Positions 1-10,695 are shown, counted from the first letter of the stretch. The stretch is 64,000 nucleotides of DNA from Bryobacterales bacterium (GCA_963422375.2 OY729428.2:2688001-2752000), one strand, 5' to 3'. Numbers and translations: made by a program. Notes: generated by a model not told the origin, from the letters alone.

Positions 1-742
1 CGGCAGCGTGATGGCCGACACCAAGCTCGGCTACCGCACCCGGGCCGTCGCCCTGTTCCTGCTGACCACCGGCATCAAGGGCGTCTCGAGCATGAAGCTG
101 CACCGCGACCTGGGAATCGGCCGGAAGTCGGCCTGGCACCTCGCGCACCGCAATCCGCGCGTGCCGGGAGCGGGATCAGGGCCTGTTCGTCGGCCCGGTG
201 GAGGTGGACGAGACCTGCGTCGGCGGCAAGGAGCGCAACCAGCACGAGAGCAAGAAGGCCCGCGCCGGGCGCGGGCCCGTCGGCAAGACGCCCGTGGCGG
301 GCGCGCGGGACCGCGCCACGAACGCAGTGGCCGCGCGGCCGCTGCCGGGCACCGCCAAGGGCGACCTGCAGGGCTTCGTGCGCGCCCGCGTCGCGCCGGG
401 GGCGCAGCTCTACTCCGACGAGGCGGCGGCCTACGCCGGCATGGAGGAGTTCCCGCACGAAGCCGTCAGGCACTCCGGCGGCGAGTACGTGCGCGGGGCG
501 GCGCATACGAACGGCATCGAATCGTTTTGGTCCCTGTTCAAGCGCGGCCTGTACGGCACCTATCACCGGATGAGCGTCCGTCATCTCGGCCGCTACCTCA
601 CGGAGTTCGCGGGACGGCGCAACGACCGCGACTGCGACACGGCGGAACAACGGCGGAACGGATGCGGCGCATGGCGCGGGGCTTGGTCGGCCGGACGCTG
701 ACCTACCGGCAGCTGACCGGCAAGGCCGCGGTCGCGGCCTGA
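1..742 (+). pseudogene. IS1595-family (ISXO2-like) transposase, 5'-truncated by the window edge, two frameshifts
   Basis: Motifs KGVSSMKLHRDLGI..SAWHLAHR (frame of ORF 8), then VEVDET..GGK, YSDE, HTNGIESFWSLFKRG..GTYH (ORF 198), then LVGRTLTY (back in ORF 8 frame). +1 insertion near 151-153; 11-nt insertion with a direct repeat ACGGCGGAAC at 639-648 and 650-659. Confidence 0.9.
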
Positions 743-1120
743 GCGGCGCCCGCCGCGCCGAGCGCGGCAGCCCGCTGCGGGCGCGCGCTTCACGCTCGGT
801 ACGAGGGGCGCACCGGATCCGGCATGCCCCGGCGCGACCCCAGTCCGGCCCGGACCGTCCATGCAGGCCGTCGAGCGCCGGGGATCCGCTGTCTTCGGCC
901 CTCGCAGGGCTTGCAAGGGGTGCCCTGCCACCGCCAACCGGGTTCCACCGGGGCAGGCGAGGTGGCCTCTCTAGTCCCTTCCTCGTCCAATCCGCTGGCA
1001 GGCTCCATTCAGATACGATCCCACCCCTCCGTGCCTGCCGCGGCCGCACTCGCATGACCCGAGCTCGACACCGACCTCCCTGCTCACAGCAGTTCTAGTC
1101 GGACATGGCGTTGTCGGCAC

Positions 1121-1531
1121 TCAGATATATAATTCCCTAATGTAGCTAGTGGATAGTTCCCGTGGCCCTTTCACGAAGTCAAACACGCCTTCGACGGCCG
1201 CCTTATGGTCTGAGATCATCGCCACGATCAAGTCGGGATTCGCGTCGCGATCATGCGGAATCAGTGCTGCGTTGATTCCTTGTTCGATGAGCATTCGAGT
1301 GATGCCGCGATCAACGGTGTAAAGACGTTCGATTAACCCGGTCTCGATGGCCCATTCGCGCTTCAAGCGCTCCATGAACTGGTGGTATGCATCCTGCCCA
1401 TCCAACCGGTCGCGCTGGTCGCGCCAGACCTGAGCAAGGGCCTTGAGGTCAGCCGTTGCGAGCTCCGCGGGCAATTCGAGATCCTTAATCGGCGTCCAAC
1501 GATGATGCACGCGTTCATTCGCATGGGTCAT
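1121..1531 (-). pseudogene. N-terminal fragment of a Fic-family protein (catalytic Fic motif missing)
   Basis: MTHANE..ERLKREWAIETGLIERLY.VDRGIT..LIEQG..VFDFVKG.RELSTSYIREL* resembles the N-terminus of long Fic proteins. It stops before any HPFxDGNGR motif. Confidence 0.65.
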
Positions 1532-1887
1532 ATCGGCATTGTAGCCCTCCACGTAGGGCCGAGGCGAGATGCGACGAGAGCAGCAGTTGCGTGTAGTACG
1601 AATGTCACGGCGGCGACGTTGTCCCATCGTGGATGGGAAGAATCCGTAAAGCGTACGGATGTTCGAATCCGACTCTGCCCGCGAGACACCCTTAGATTTC
1701 CGCGACTCCCTTAGGTTCAAGCACTTGAGTCTCTGAGGCCTGCTGCCCGAGGTGGGGCCCGATCTGGCTGACACCTTTCCCGGTGCGGAGCAATGCGCGG
1801 CCTTGGCCCGGCTAGCGCCGGGCAACAACGGGCACCTGGGCAAGCGACCATGCCAACGCGCTCTGCATAAACTGCAGGTAGGGAATC

Positions 1888-2232
1888 ATGACACGGACCG
1901 ACCATCCTCGACCGCTCGAAATCAATCGTCATGGCGCGCACGACGTCGAAATCCTCTGGAGCACGAAGGAGCGCGCCGTGTATCCCGCCCGCTTCCTGAG
2001 AGGGCAGTGCCCGTGCGCCACCTGCGTGGACGAGCTGACCGGACGGCGCATCGTCACCGAGAGTGTCCTGCCCATTCTAGTCTACCCGACCAAGATCGAG
2101 CCCGTCGGCCGCTACGCGATCCAGATCTTCTGGAGCGACAACCACTCCACGGGGATCTACACCTGGGAGCGTCTCTACGCCATGCTGCCAGAACTGCGGG
2201 CGAAGTCCACTCAGGGAAAGCCCGCGCGGTAG
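1888..2232 (+). CDS. DUF971 / gamma-butyrobetaine hydroxylase-like N-terminal domain protein
   Basis: LRGQCPCATC, VGRYAIQIFWSDNHSTGIYTW. Confidence 0.85.
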   Translation: MTRTDHPRPLEINRHGAHDVEILWSTKERAVYPARFLRGQCPCATCVDELTGRRIVTESVLPILVYPTKIEPVGRYAIQIFWSDNHSTGIYTWERLYAMLPELRAKSTQGKPAR

Positions 2233-2242
2233 GGCCGAGGCG

Positions 2243-3955
2243 TTAGGCCCAGCGGCCCTTCTTCCCTTCCTCTGTGATGTAATCGGACGCTCGAGCAGTG
2301 ATCGCCATCATCGTCAGCGTGGGGTTCTGGCATCCGATCGAGGCCCAGGCTGCCCCGTCTGTCACGAAGACGTTGTCGACGTCGTGGGCCTGGGTCCAAG
2401 TGTTCAGGACGGACTTCTTCGGATCCGTGCCCATGCGAGCGGTGCCGACCTCGTGGATGCAGAACCCGCCCACGGACGGCTTGCCGTACATCCGCACCCT
2501 CTTGTGCCCGGTCGTCTCCAGCATTTCGGCCGCCTGCTCGCGTGCGTCGTGCCACAGCGCGAGATCGTTGTCGGACCAGTCGAAGTGGATGTCCAAGGTC
2601 GGCAGGCCCCAAGCATCACGACGATCATCGTTCAGAACCACGTAGTTCTCGTAGCGCGGGAGGCACTCGCACCAAGCCCCCAAGCCGGTCGACCAGTAAC
2701 TCTGGTCATGTACCGCTTGCTTGAAGCTGGCACCGAAGCCCTTCGCCGACATGTTGAACGAAGGTGTAGCCCCCCCCTGGAAGCCGTAGCCGCGAATCAG
2801 GCCGTTCGTATGCGGGCGGTCGATGTTTCGGAAGCGAGGCACGTACATCCCATTTGGGCGCCGAGGCATTCCCGTCCACGCTTTCGCCGTCAGTTCCGGC
2901 ATGAGTCCGGCCGCACCGCCCGTGTAGATGTGATCCATGAGGTGATGGCCGAGCATGCCGCTGGAGTTGAATTCCAGCCCGAACCTAGCCGAATGCATCA
3001 GGAGCCGCGTTGATTCCAAGGTCGAGGCGCACAGGAGGACAACTCTTGCGCGCACCTCGCGGGACGCGCGGGTCGTCCGATCTACGTAGGCCACGCCTGC
3101 TGCCCGTCCCGACCGCTGGTCGCGGGTAACGTGGCTCGCCACGGCGTCCACCACGAGGTCGCAGTTCCCGGAATCCAGCGCGGCCTTGAGGGTCGTGGTC
3201 GGGCTGTTGTAGTAGGAGTGCGTGACGCAGCCCTGCTCGCAGGGGCCGCAGTAGTGGCAGGCCTGTCGACCGTTGTGTGGCTTGGTGATGATCGCCGAGC
3301 GACCGATTGTCGCCACCCGCCCCATCCTGCTGCGAAGGCGGTTCCGGAAGAGCACCTCGCCGCAATGAAAGGGCATCGGAGGCATGAAGACGCTGTCGGG
3401 CAAGTGCTCCAGACCTTCCGGGATGCCCGAAATGCCGATGAAGCGCTCGACTTTCTCGTAGTACGGAACGAGATCCTCGTAATCGATTCCCCAGTTCTCG
3501 CCGTAGCCGTCGCGGTCCGCGCAGTGGAAATCGATGTTGCCCATGCGGTACGACTGCCTCCCCCAAGAAAGAGACCGCCCGCCAAGCACCCGCATGCGGA
3601 TCCAGTGGAACGGCTTGCCTTCCGGGGTGTGATAGGGATTCTTGATGTCGTCCGCGAACCACTTGTAGTTGGATTCCCTGCAGGCGTAGACCAGCCCTTG
3701 GACAGGACGGTTGCGCATGAGTTCGGGAGACTTCGGAATCCCTCTGACGAAACTCGAGGAGTTTCCCCGATACTTGAGGTCATAGGGCATGACGTGCTCG
3801 GTGAAGTCCGAGTCCGCGATCTTGGGACCCGCTTCGAGCACGCAGACCCTGAGGCCCGCCGAGGCGAGCTGCCAGGCTGCCACGCCTCCGGTGGCACCGG
3901 ATCCCACGATGACGGCGTCGTAGACATCCCGGTCCCGAGTGATTGCTTGCAGCAT
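2243..3955 (-). CDS. GMC family FAD oxidoreductase (glycoside 3-dehydrogenase-like), paralog 1, 570 aa
   Basis: GSGATGG dinucleotide-binding motif, LGGRSLSWGRQSYR, CHYCGPCEQGC Cys cluster, HEVGTARMG, NPTLTMMA. Start set at MLQAI by alignment with paralog 2. Confidence 0.9.
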   Translation of the reverse strand: MLQAITRDRDVYDAVIVGSGATGGVAAWQLASAGLRVCVLEAGPKIADSDFTEHVMPYDLKYRGNSSSFVRGIPKSPELMRNRPVQGLVYACRESNYKWFADDIKNPYHTPEGKPFHWIRMRVLGGRSLSWGRQSYRMGNIDFHCADRDGYGENWGIDYEDLVPYYEKVERFIGISGIPEGLEHLPDSVFMPPMPFHCGEVLFRNRLRSRMGRVATIGRSAIITKPHNGRQACHYCGPCEQGCVTHSYYNSPTTTLKAALDSGNCDLVVDAVASHVTRDQRSGRAAGVAYVDRTTRASREVRARVVLLCASTLESTRLLMHSARFGLEFNSSGMLGHHLMDHIYTGGAAGLMPELTAKAWTGMPRRPNGMYVPRFRNIDRPHTNGLIRGYGFQGGATPSFNMSAKGFGASFKQAVHDQSYWSTGLGAWCECLPRYENYVVLNDDRRDAWGLPTLDIHFDWSDNDLALWHDAREQAAEMLETTGHKRVRMYGKPSVGGFCIHEVGTARMGTDPKKSVLNTWTQAHDVDNVFVTDGAAWASIGCQNPTLTMMAITARASDYITEEGKKGRWA

Positions 3956-3962
3956 TCCGGCT

Positions 3963-3971
3963 AGTCTAGCA
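3963..3971 (-). promoter_or_regulatory. Putative extended -10 (TGCTAGACT) 7 nt upstream of ATG; leaderless-type
   Basis: The same motif precedes both GMC paralogs although the flanking DNA has diverged. Confidence 0.5.
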
Positions 3972-4524
3972 ACAGCCTGGTCCGTCAACGCTGCGTCCTT
4001 CCCTGGCCTTGGTCCAGGGTGTGGTAGGCCGTCCGGAGATCCGGGGGACAGAATTCGCGCATTCCGTCTCGTCGGATCCAATTGGCACCGACTCGGATCC
4101 CTCGCGAGTGCGGCCCAAGGCCTTGGCTCCGGTTTCGTGACTTCCCGCTGCGAGCCGAATCAATTGCGACGAAGGACCGGCGCGGTGAGAACGGGACCCT
4201 CGGTACGTGGCTCGAGTGAACTACGGACCGGCACCACCAAGAGCACCCGCAGACGATGTTGGTTTCGGCGTGGCGCCGCCAAGGACTGATCCGCTGGACA
4301 ATCCGTCACCCTCCGCCGTACGGAGAAATCGAGTTTGGGCGTGACAACGCCCGGGGTCTTCCTCGCAGGACCCTCCAAGGTCTGTGGGTGGCCGTAATGG
4401 GCGAACTGCAGGTCCCGGTCGCGACAGCGTCGCCGACCTAGGCGGACTTGAATGTGAATCGCGAGCCTAGTTCGCGACCGAGCGTGCCTTAAGTTGATTT
4501 CCGGGCGCCCGAGGGCGCAGTGGG

Positions 4525-6237
4525 CTAGGCCCAGCGGCCCTTCTTCCCTTCCTCGGCGATGTAGTCAGCCGTCCGGGCAGTGATCGCCATCATCGTCAGC
4601 GTGGGGTTCTGGCAGCCCATCGAGACCCAGGCGGCTCCGTCCGTCACGAACACGTTGTCCACATCGTGGGACTGCGCCCAGGTGTTCAGGACCGACTTCT
4701 TCGGATCCGTGCCCATACGGGCGGTGCCGACCTCGTGGATGGCGAACCCGCCAATTGAAGGCTCGCCGAACCTCTGCACGTTTACGTACCCGGTGGACTC
4801 GAGCATCTCGGCGGCCTGCTCCTGAGCGTCTCGCCACAGCGCAAGTTCGTTGTCCGACCATTCGAAGTGAATTTCCAAGGTCGGAAGGCCCCAGGCATCG
4901 CGAAGGTCCTCGCTCAAAGCCACGTAATTGTCGTAGCGCGGGAGGCACTCGCAAAAGGCACCTAGGAACATCATCCAGTAGCTCTCATCGTGAACTGCCT
5001 GCTTGAACCGCGCTCCGAAACCTCTGGCGGCTAGGTTGAACGAAGGTCCGGAAAAGCCTTGGTAGCCGTAGCCGCGGATCATGCCGCCCGTCTGCGTGCG
5101 GTCGATGTTTCGGAAACGCGGTATGTAGATTCCGTTGGGGCGCTGGGGCGTTCCCATCCAAGCCTTCGCGGGCAGTTCCGGCATGACCCCCATCGCGCCG
5201 CCCATGCTGATGTGGTCCATGAGGAAATGGCCAAGCACTCCGCTGGAATCGAAGTCCAGCCCGAACTTCGCGGAATGCATCAGCAGCCGCGTAGACTCCA
5301 GCGTGGAGGCGCACAGAAGCACGACCTTCCCTCGGACTTCGCGAGGCACCCGCGTGGTCCGATCGACATAGGCCACTCCCTCAGCGCGCCCCGTGCGCTC
5401 GTCGCGGGTAACGTGGCTCGCCACGGCGTCCACCACGAGATCGCAGTTCCCGGTGTCGAGCGCGGCCTTGAGAGTCGTGGTCGGGCTGTTGTAGTAGGAG
5501 TGGGTCACGCAGCCCTGCTCGCAGGGGCCGCAGTAGTGGCAGGCCTGCCGACCGTTGTGCGGCTTCGTGACGATGGCCGTGCGACCGATCGTCGCCACGC
5601 GTCCCATCCTGCTGCGGAGACGGTTGCGGAACAGCACCTCGCTGCATTGGAAGGGCATCGGAGGCAAGTAGACGCTGTCGGGCAGCTGCTCCAAGCCCTC
5701 TGCGATGCCCGAGATGCCGATGAAGCGCTCGACGGTTTCGTAGTACGGAACGAGATCCTCGTAGTCGATCCCCCAGTTCTCGCCGTACCCGTCGCGGTCC
5801 GCGCAGTGCAAGTCCATGTTGCCCATGCGGTACGACTGCCGTCCCCACGATAGCGAGCGCCCGCCGAGCACGCGCATGCGGATCCAGTGGAACGGCTTGC
5901 CCTCAGGCGTCCGGTACGGGTTCTTGATGTCGTCGACAAACCACTTGTAATTGGATTCGCGGCAAGCGTAGACCCGCCCTTGGATGGGGCGGTTGCGCAT
6001 GAGCTCGGGCGGCTTCGGCGTCTCGCCGAGGAAGTCAGCGGAGTTGCCGCGATACTTGAGGTCGTAGGGCATCAAGTGCTCGGTGAATTCCGCGTCCGTG
6101 ATCTTGGGACCCGCCTCGAGCACGCAAATGTTGAGGCCCGCCGAGGCAAGCTGCCAGGCTGCCACGCCGCCTGTGGCACCGGAACCCACGATGACGGCAT
6201 CGTAGACATTCCGGTCGCGAGCGATTGCTTGCAGCAT
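4525..6237 (-). CDS. GMC family FAD oxidoreductase, paralog 2, 570 aa
   Basis: Same motifs and length as 2243-3955; collinear and highly similar. Confidence 0.9.
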   Translation of the reverse strand: MLQAIARDRNVYDAVIVGSGATGGVAAWQLASAGLNICVLEAGPKITDAEFTEHLMPYDLKYRGNSADFLGETPKPPELMRNRPIQGRVYACRESNYKWFVDDIKNPYRTPEGKPFHWIRMRVLGGRSLSWGRQSYRMGNMDLHCADRDGYGENWGIDYEDLVPYYETVERFIGISGIAEGLEQLPDSVYLPPMPFQCSEVLFRNRLRSRMGRVATIGRTAIVTKPHNGRQACHYCGPCEQGCVTHSYYNSPTTTLKAALDTGNCDLVVDAVASHVTRDERTGRAEGVAYVDRTTRVPREVRGKVVLLCASTLESTRLLMHSAKFGLDFDSSGVLGHFLMDHISMGGAMGVMPELPAKAWMGTPQRPNGIYIPRFRNIDRTQTGGMIRGYGYQGFSGPSFNLAARGFGARFKQAVHDESYWMMFLGAFCECLPRYDNYVALSEDLRDAWGLPTLEIHFEWSDNELALWRDAQEQAAEMLESTGYVNVQRFGEPSIGGFAIHEVGTARMGTDPKKSVLNTWAQSHDVDNVFVTDGAAWVSMGCQNPTLTMMAITARTADYIAEEGKKGRWA

Positions 6238-6243
6238 CGAGGC

Positions 6244-6252
6244 AGTCTAGCA
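6244..6252 (-). promoter_or_regulatory. Putative extended -10 (TGCTAGACT) 6 nt upstream of ATG
   Basis: TTGCTAGACT-gcctcg-ATG on the minus strand, no SD. Confidence 0.5.
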
Positions 6253-6599
6253 AGTTGAACGATTAGTCGCGGCTCGACTGACGCCCCGAGGGCGCTCGGG
6301 GCAATGCGCGCGACCCCGTGTGCCGTCAGGGCACGGTGCGTCAAGGGCCGGCACGCATCGAGTGCCGCGGGACCAGTTTCGTCAGGCGGCTAGCCGGAGC
6401 TAGGCCATCACCGAGGGGATGGCAATCCCGCAGCGTCCGGTGTCGGGTGCCTCGGTCCCGGTGGCTCACGGCCCGACCCCGAGCGGCCGAGCCGAGCTGC
6501 TCTAGCCTCCGCCCATAGGGGCTAGGTGGTTTAGCGATACGACTTGAAGTGCGTGCTCACTTGTTCCGAGCGCTTTCGAGGGGTCTCGGCTTGCTAGTG

Positions 6600-7690
6600 T
6601 CCACAAGTCCTAGCGACTTAGTGCTTGATCCAACATCCAGTCATAGCACGAACTCCGTCAAAGGAGAACGCTAGGGACAACGTTGGATCACTATTGATTT
6701 CTCAGAAATTCCAGTTGCAATGTTCAAGCAGATAATTCTCATTTGGATCCACAAATGGTTTCTTGTTATTGACATTATATATAGGCAAATAGAAAAGGGA
6801 ATACAATCGAGAAGGCATGAATTTGATTCAAGTTATCGCAAGAAATTGGAAACCATAAGTGGAGATCTGTCATCAGGATTTTCTTACGAGATCGTCTCGT
6901 ATATATCCGCAGATCATCTCATCCATGATCGCGTGCAGAAAGCAACTTTTGTAGTGAACTAGCTAGTGATAAGGAGGGGAGTTGAGTGTATGAGTGCGCC
7001 GTCTACTGTTGAATCTCACTCGCTGTGGGTCTATGTCTCACGCAGTGCGGAGGAATGGGACAATATAGCTACATTGCTAGGAATAAGCAGGTGCGTCGCG
7101 CTTGCGGTCATCGCCGATGACCAAACAGCCAGGCTTACACGAATTGACAACGCCGCGCAAATTGCTGCTAGGGATAGATTCAGTGTACTGAGAGTAGTAG
7201 CATTTCTTTTTTTCGCCGAGGCGAAATGTGAGAGACTCGGTCGATTGGATATTCTTCTTGTTCAAGTCAATCGCACGATTAGCGAGTTCAAGAGTAATAC
7301 TGAAGACAGTGTGTTCATTATGGTGGGCGAGCCGAGTCTAAGAGTGGTGGAACTTCCGGACGAGAAATTCCGGATCACGGTTGAGCGATACAACATCTAC
7401 GACTCGAGTTCCGGTAATGGTCGTGTGGGAAGCAGTCTCTCCAATATTGACTGCTCGATGCTTGATACAGAGTATGATGCACAGTCCTTTCTTGCACATA
7501 GAAACCATTTCCCGGCCAAATCAAGAGACTCAAAGCGACACTCGGTGCGAGAATCAAACCTTCACAGTGGACGCAAATGGATTCGCTGACATCTGCACCA
7601 CTCGACCGACCCAAGAGCGGTCGAATTGCCGTGCACATTGTCACTAACTTTGGGGACGAACTGCTTGCTGTCCTTGATCTAGAGAACACT
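6600..7690 (+). pseudogene. Heavily decayed C-terminal part of a site-specific DNA methyltransferase (type III Mod-like / N6_N4 family)
   Basis: From ~6603: TSPSDLVLDPTSSHSTN..R*GQRWITIDFS (cf. TDPGDLVLDPTCGSGTT..WGRRWITIDTS). Later VFIMVGEP, CSMLDTEYDAQSF and, at ~7610-7680, PKSGRIAVHIVTNFGDELLAV. Internal stops and frameshifts; AT-rich. Confidence 0.7.
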
Positions 7691-7749
7691 TAAAGTCTCA
7701 GATGACTAGAGTTTTCTTTAGTTGAATATTTCCAAGATAGATCGACTGT

Positions 7750-10596
7750 TTACTCTGCATATTCTACCCAGATGGGACTTGCCCAAGCCATATTGCCGTC
7801 GTCCTGAATGATCCTCGCGTAATAGTAGTGCTCACCGTGTTCGAAATCTTGGTCCGTGTAGGTCAGGGACAGCTCAGTCACGCCGGGGTACGCCAAGTAG
7901 ACGATCTCGTTGTTCTTGATGATGGCGATCTCCTTGATGCGATCCGTGCCGATCACGCCGACCTCCAGACGCGGAGGTCTGCTCGCGGCGAACTCCTCGC
8001 CCATCGCGTGGCCTTGGCACTGGAAGTCGACGATGATGTTGTCCGTGGCGGCGTAGGTACGACGTTCGTACAGAGAGTCCCAGATGGCGCCGTAGCTGCG
8101 CTCCGGCGTGTAGACCGCCGCGTAGGACATGTGCGTGGAGCGGTGGTCGGAGCTGGCAATGAACCCTAGCTTGTAGCCCTTCGCGAGCGCGTTCCAGACG
8201 AATCCCTTCTCTCGTACCGCTCCTGAAGTGATGTATCCGCCAACGAGAACCTGTTCCGCCACGGCCGACCGTGGAGCGCCGTAGTATTCGTACGAATCGC
8301 GATTGCCCTGGTAGATCTCTACCAGCCTCTCGACGTCCTCGTCGTTATAACGCCAGTCCGTGCCCATCTGCGTCGCCGTCGTATGCGGGATGCTGATCGC
8401 GCTGGGTCGAGAGGATCCGCCGAGCAACGCCTCCCACAGCCCGATCATGTCGCGCTCGTCCACAGCGTTCTCCCTCTCTCCCGGCTTGATCCGGACGAGG
8501 GGATTTCCTCGCGCTCTCGAGACGATATTGCGGTGCCCGTCCGGGTAGCCGACCGTGCGCTCGTAGTTCAGCATCGGGTAGAACACGCCGGGAATCTTGT
8601 AGAAGTCGACCGCCTTGTCTACTGTGCGCCAGATGTAGTCCGTCACGTCGTTCGTCTGCATCAGGTGCTCGGACGGTCCGAGGAAGTCCATCCGGGCGGC
8701 GTCGATCGCGTAGCGGTACATGTCGTATAGAGAGCCGTCCGACTGGCCGTCGAACGAGAGATCCGAATGGCGATGCAGGTCGCCCCACGCCAAGCGGAAC
8801 TTCCTGCCCGCGACTTCCATCTGGTACCGCTTCCAGAGCGGCGCCTCCAGAGGCGGAACGTCGTCGCCCACCGGCACCGGAGCAGGCAGGCCATCCGCCC
8901 CAACTAGGAGCTCGCGGTCCACCGCGGCAGCCGGCGCGAGGGCCATTTCGATTCGCCCGACTCGCACGTCGTACTGGTTGAAGCGCTCGTCCGCCCGCAG
9001 GTAGCCGCAGCCGTCGCCCGCGGTGGCGATCCAGAGATCCCCGTCCTTGCCGGTCGTCAGGCCTGGCCGCTGGTCGATGCGGCCGTCGGAGAATGTCAGC
9101 TTGACCGGGGCTGTCCAGCCTTCCCCGTCGAACATCGTCGCCATGAACATCCAGTAGGGCAGGATCGATCGCCCTTCGCGCGCGGGCCGGTTCGCCCGTC
9201 CGATCGCTCGCGTTCGGACCACCGCCCAGACTCTTCCCCTGCCGTCTACCTGCAGCTTCGGGAGCTCGGTGAAGACGCGGTAGGAGCTGTCGAGACCGAG
9301 CGTCATGCGGCTGCCGAGGAAGGGCCCCCGGGGTAACATCTGGTCCAGCGGGCGCGCCGGCTGCACCAAGCGGCCGCGCTCGAGCACCCGGACCTGCACC
9401 TGGCGCCGGAAGTACAGCCCGCTCTCGGCGCGCAGCAGCCCGTCGATCCCGTGCTGGTCCCCGCCCCAGCCCGGCCCTCCGTTGTCGAACGCCATCCACA
9501 GCCGGTCTCTGCGGTCGTAGGCGAGGCTAACGTGCGCTTCAAAGTCCTCGCTGGCGGTGATGCGCTCCAAGGGTCCCAGCTTTCCACGCGACCAGCGCCG
9601 GAGGAAGATGTCGTAGTTGCCGTGGCGATAGCTGTCCCAGGCGATCGCAACCTCGTCCCGCGAATTGATCGCGACCGAGGGCTCCCAGTCGCTGGCCGGG
9701 TGCTCGGTGATCTTCAGCGGCTGCGACCAGCGACCCTCCGCACGCCGCAGGAGAGAAATGTCGCTGCCACTCCCGCCGGGGGATTGCCATGCGAGGAATA
9801 CGGTCCCGTCGGACGCCGCCGCCATGCACGGGAAGATATCTGCCCCGGCAGTGCGAGTGAGCTGCTCGACCTCCCCCCAGTTCCCGTCCCGGTACGAGCG
9901 GGCGTAGAGGTCCAGCGCGCCACCGACGGTAGCCGACCACACCGCGAGGAGCGAATTCGGCACCGTCGAGACCAGCTCGACTTGGTGATAGTCTCCGGGC
10001 GAGGGCGTAACGTCCAAGGACTCTCCCCATCGGCCGTCGACTGCCTGCGAGCGGGCGCGAATCGTCTCGGCGCCGGCCTCCGACGCAATCCACGCCACCC
10101 AGACGCGGCCGTCGGGACCCGTCGCCATCGCAGGGTGGTCCTCGGCCGCCAGGCTCTCGTCCACCAAATCCGCCCGCGGGGACCTCTCCACCCTGATGCG
10201 TCCGTCGAGCAGGGACTCCGGCCGCTGGTAGCGCACCGCGCCGACGCGGAAGCCGGCCGCGCCCTGAGCCGTCCGCACCTGCACCGTCGCAGACTCGGGT
10301 CCGTCGAAATCCACCACGACGCCCTTCCAGCGCGCCTTGGGAAAGACCGCCTTCTCCTGCGGGAGGAGGTTGATGTTGCCGTCCCACTGGCTGCCGGCCT
10401 TCCACGATGTCCGGTCGTGGCTCTCATGCGCGCCGAAGTGGTACGGGCCCACGACGGCAACGGTTCCGCTGTCGGCATCGACCGTGCCGGACCAGTCGGA
10501 AGGCAGCGCGTCGTTGCCGCCGAATAGCACGCGGAAGCGATGCTGCGCGGGAAGGCTGGCCGCGACCAAGAGAGCGAGCGCGCAGAGACGAACCAT
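7750..10596 (-). CDS. Large secreted protein with N-terminal beta-repeat region and C-terminal PHP-like (DUF3604/CehA-McbA-like) metallohydrolase domain
   Basis: Signal peptide MVRLCALALLVAASLPA; WGDLHRHS, SEH, IPHT, GFIASSDH, RRTYAATD, C-terminal AWASPIWV. Confidence 0.7.
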   Translation of the reverse strand: MVRLCALALLVAASLPAQHRFRVLFGGNDALPSDWSGTVDADSGTVAVVGPYHFGAHESHDRTSWKAGSQWDGNINLLPQEKAVFPKARWKGVVVDFDGPESATVQVRTAQGAAGFRVGAVRYQRPESLLDGRIRVERSPRADLVDESLAAEDHPAMATGPDGRVWVAWIASEAGAETIRARSQAVDGRWGESLDVTPSPGDYHQVELVSTVPNSLLAVWSATVGGALDLYARSYRDGNWGEVEQLTRTAGADIFPCMAAASDGTVFLAWQSPGGSGSDISLLRRAEGRWSQPLKITEHPASDWEPSVAINSRDEVAIAWDSYRHGNYDIFLRRWSRGKLGPLERITASEDFEAHVSLAYDRRDRLWMAFDNGGPGWGGDQHGIDGLLRAESGLYFRRQVQVRVLERGRLVQPARPLDQMLPRGPFLGSRMTLGLDSSYRVFTELPKLQVDGRGRVWAVVRTRAIGRANRPAREGRSILPYWMFMATMFDGEGWTAPVKLTFSDGRIDQRPGLTTGKDGDLWIATAGDGCGYLRADERFNQYDVRVGRIEMALAPAAAVDRELLVGADGLPAPVPVGDDVPPLEAPLWKRYQMEVAGRKFRLAWGDLHRHSDLSFDGQSDGSLYDMYRYAIDAARMDFLGPSEHLMQTNDVTDYIWRTVDKAVDFYKIPGVFYPMLNYERTVGYPDGHRNIVSRARGNPLVRIKPGERENAVDERDMIGLWEALLGGSSRPSAISIPHTTATQMGTDWRYNDEDVERLVEIYQGNRDSYEYYGAPRSAVAEQVLVGGYITSGAVREKGFVWNALAKGYKLGFIASSDHRSTHMSYAAVYTPERSYGAIWDSLYERRTYAATDNIIVDFQCQGHAMGEEFAASRPPRLEVGVIGTDRIKEIAIIKNNEIVYLAYPGVTELSLTYTDQDFEHGEHYYYARIIQDDGNMAWASPIWVEYAE

Positions 10597-10695
10597 CGCT
10601 CTCAATCATACGGCGCTACCGGACCCGCGGCCCGGAGCCCACTGCACCGGGATGCCGCCAGCGACGGTGTCCCGCAAGAGGCCCGTCCGCCCCGG

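Noticed and set aside
1655..1685. tRNA T-loop-like GTTCGAATCC (possible tRNA or att remnant)
   Set aside because: No canonical 5-bp T-stem around a 7-nt loop, no acceptor, D or anticodon arms, no CCA.
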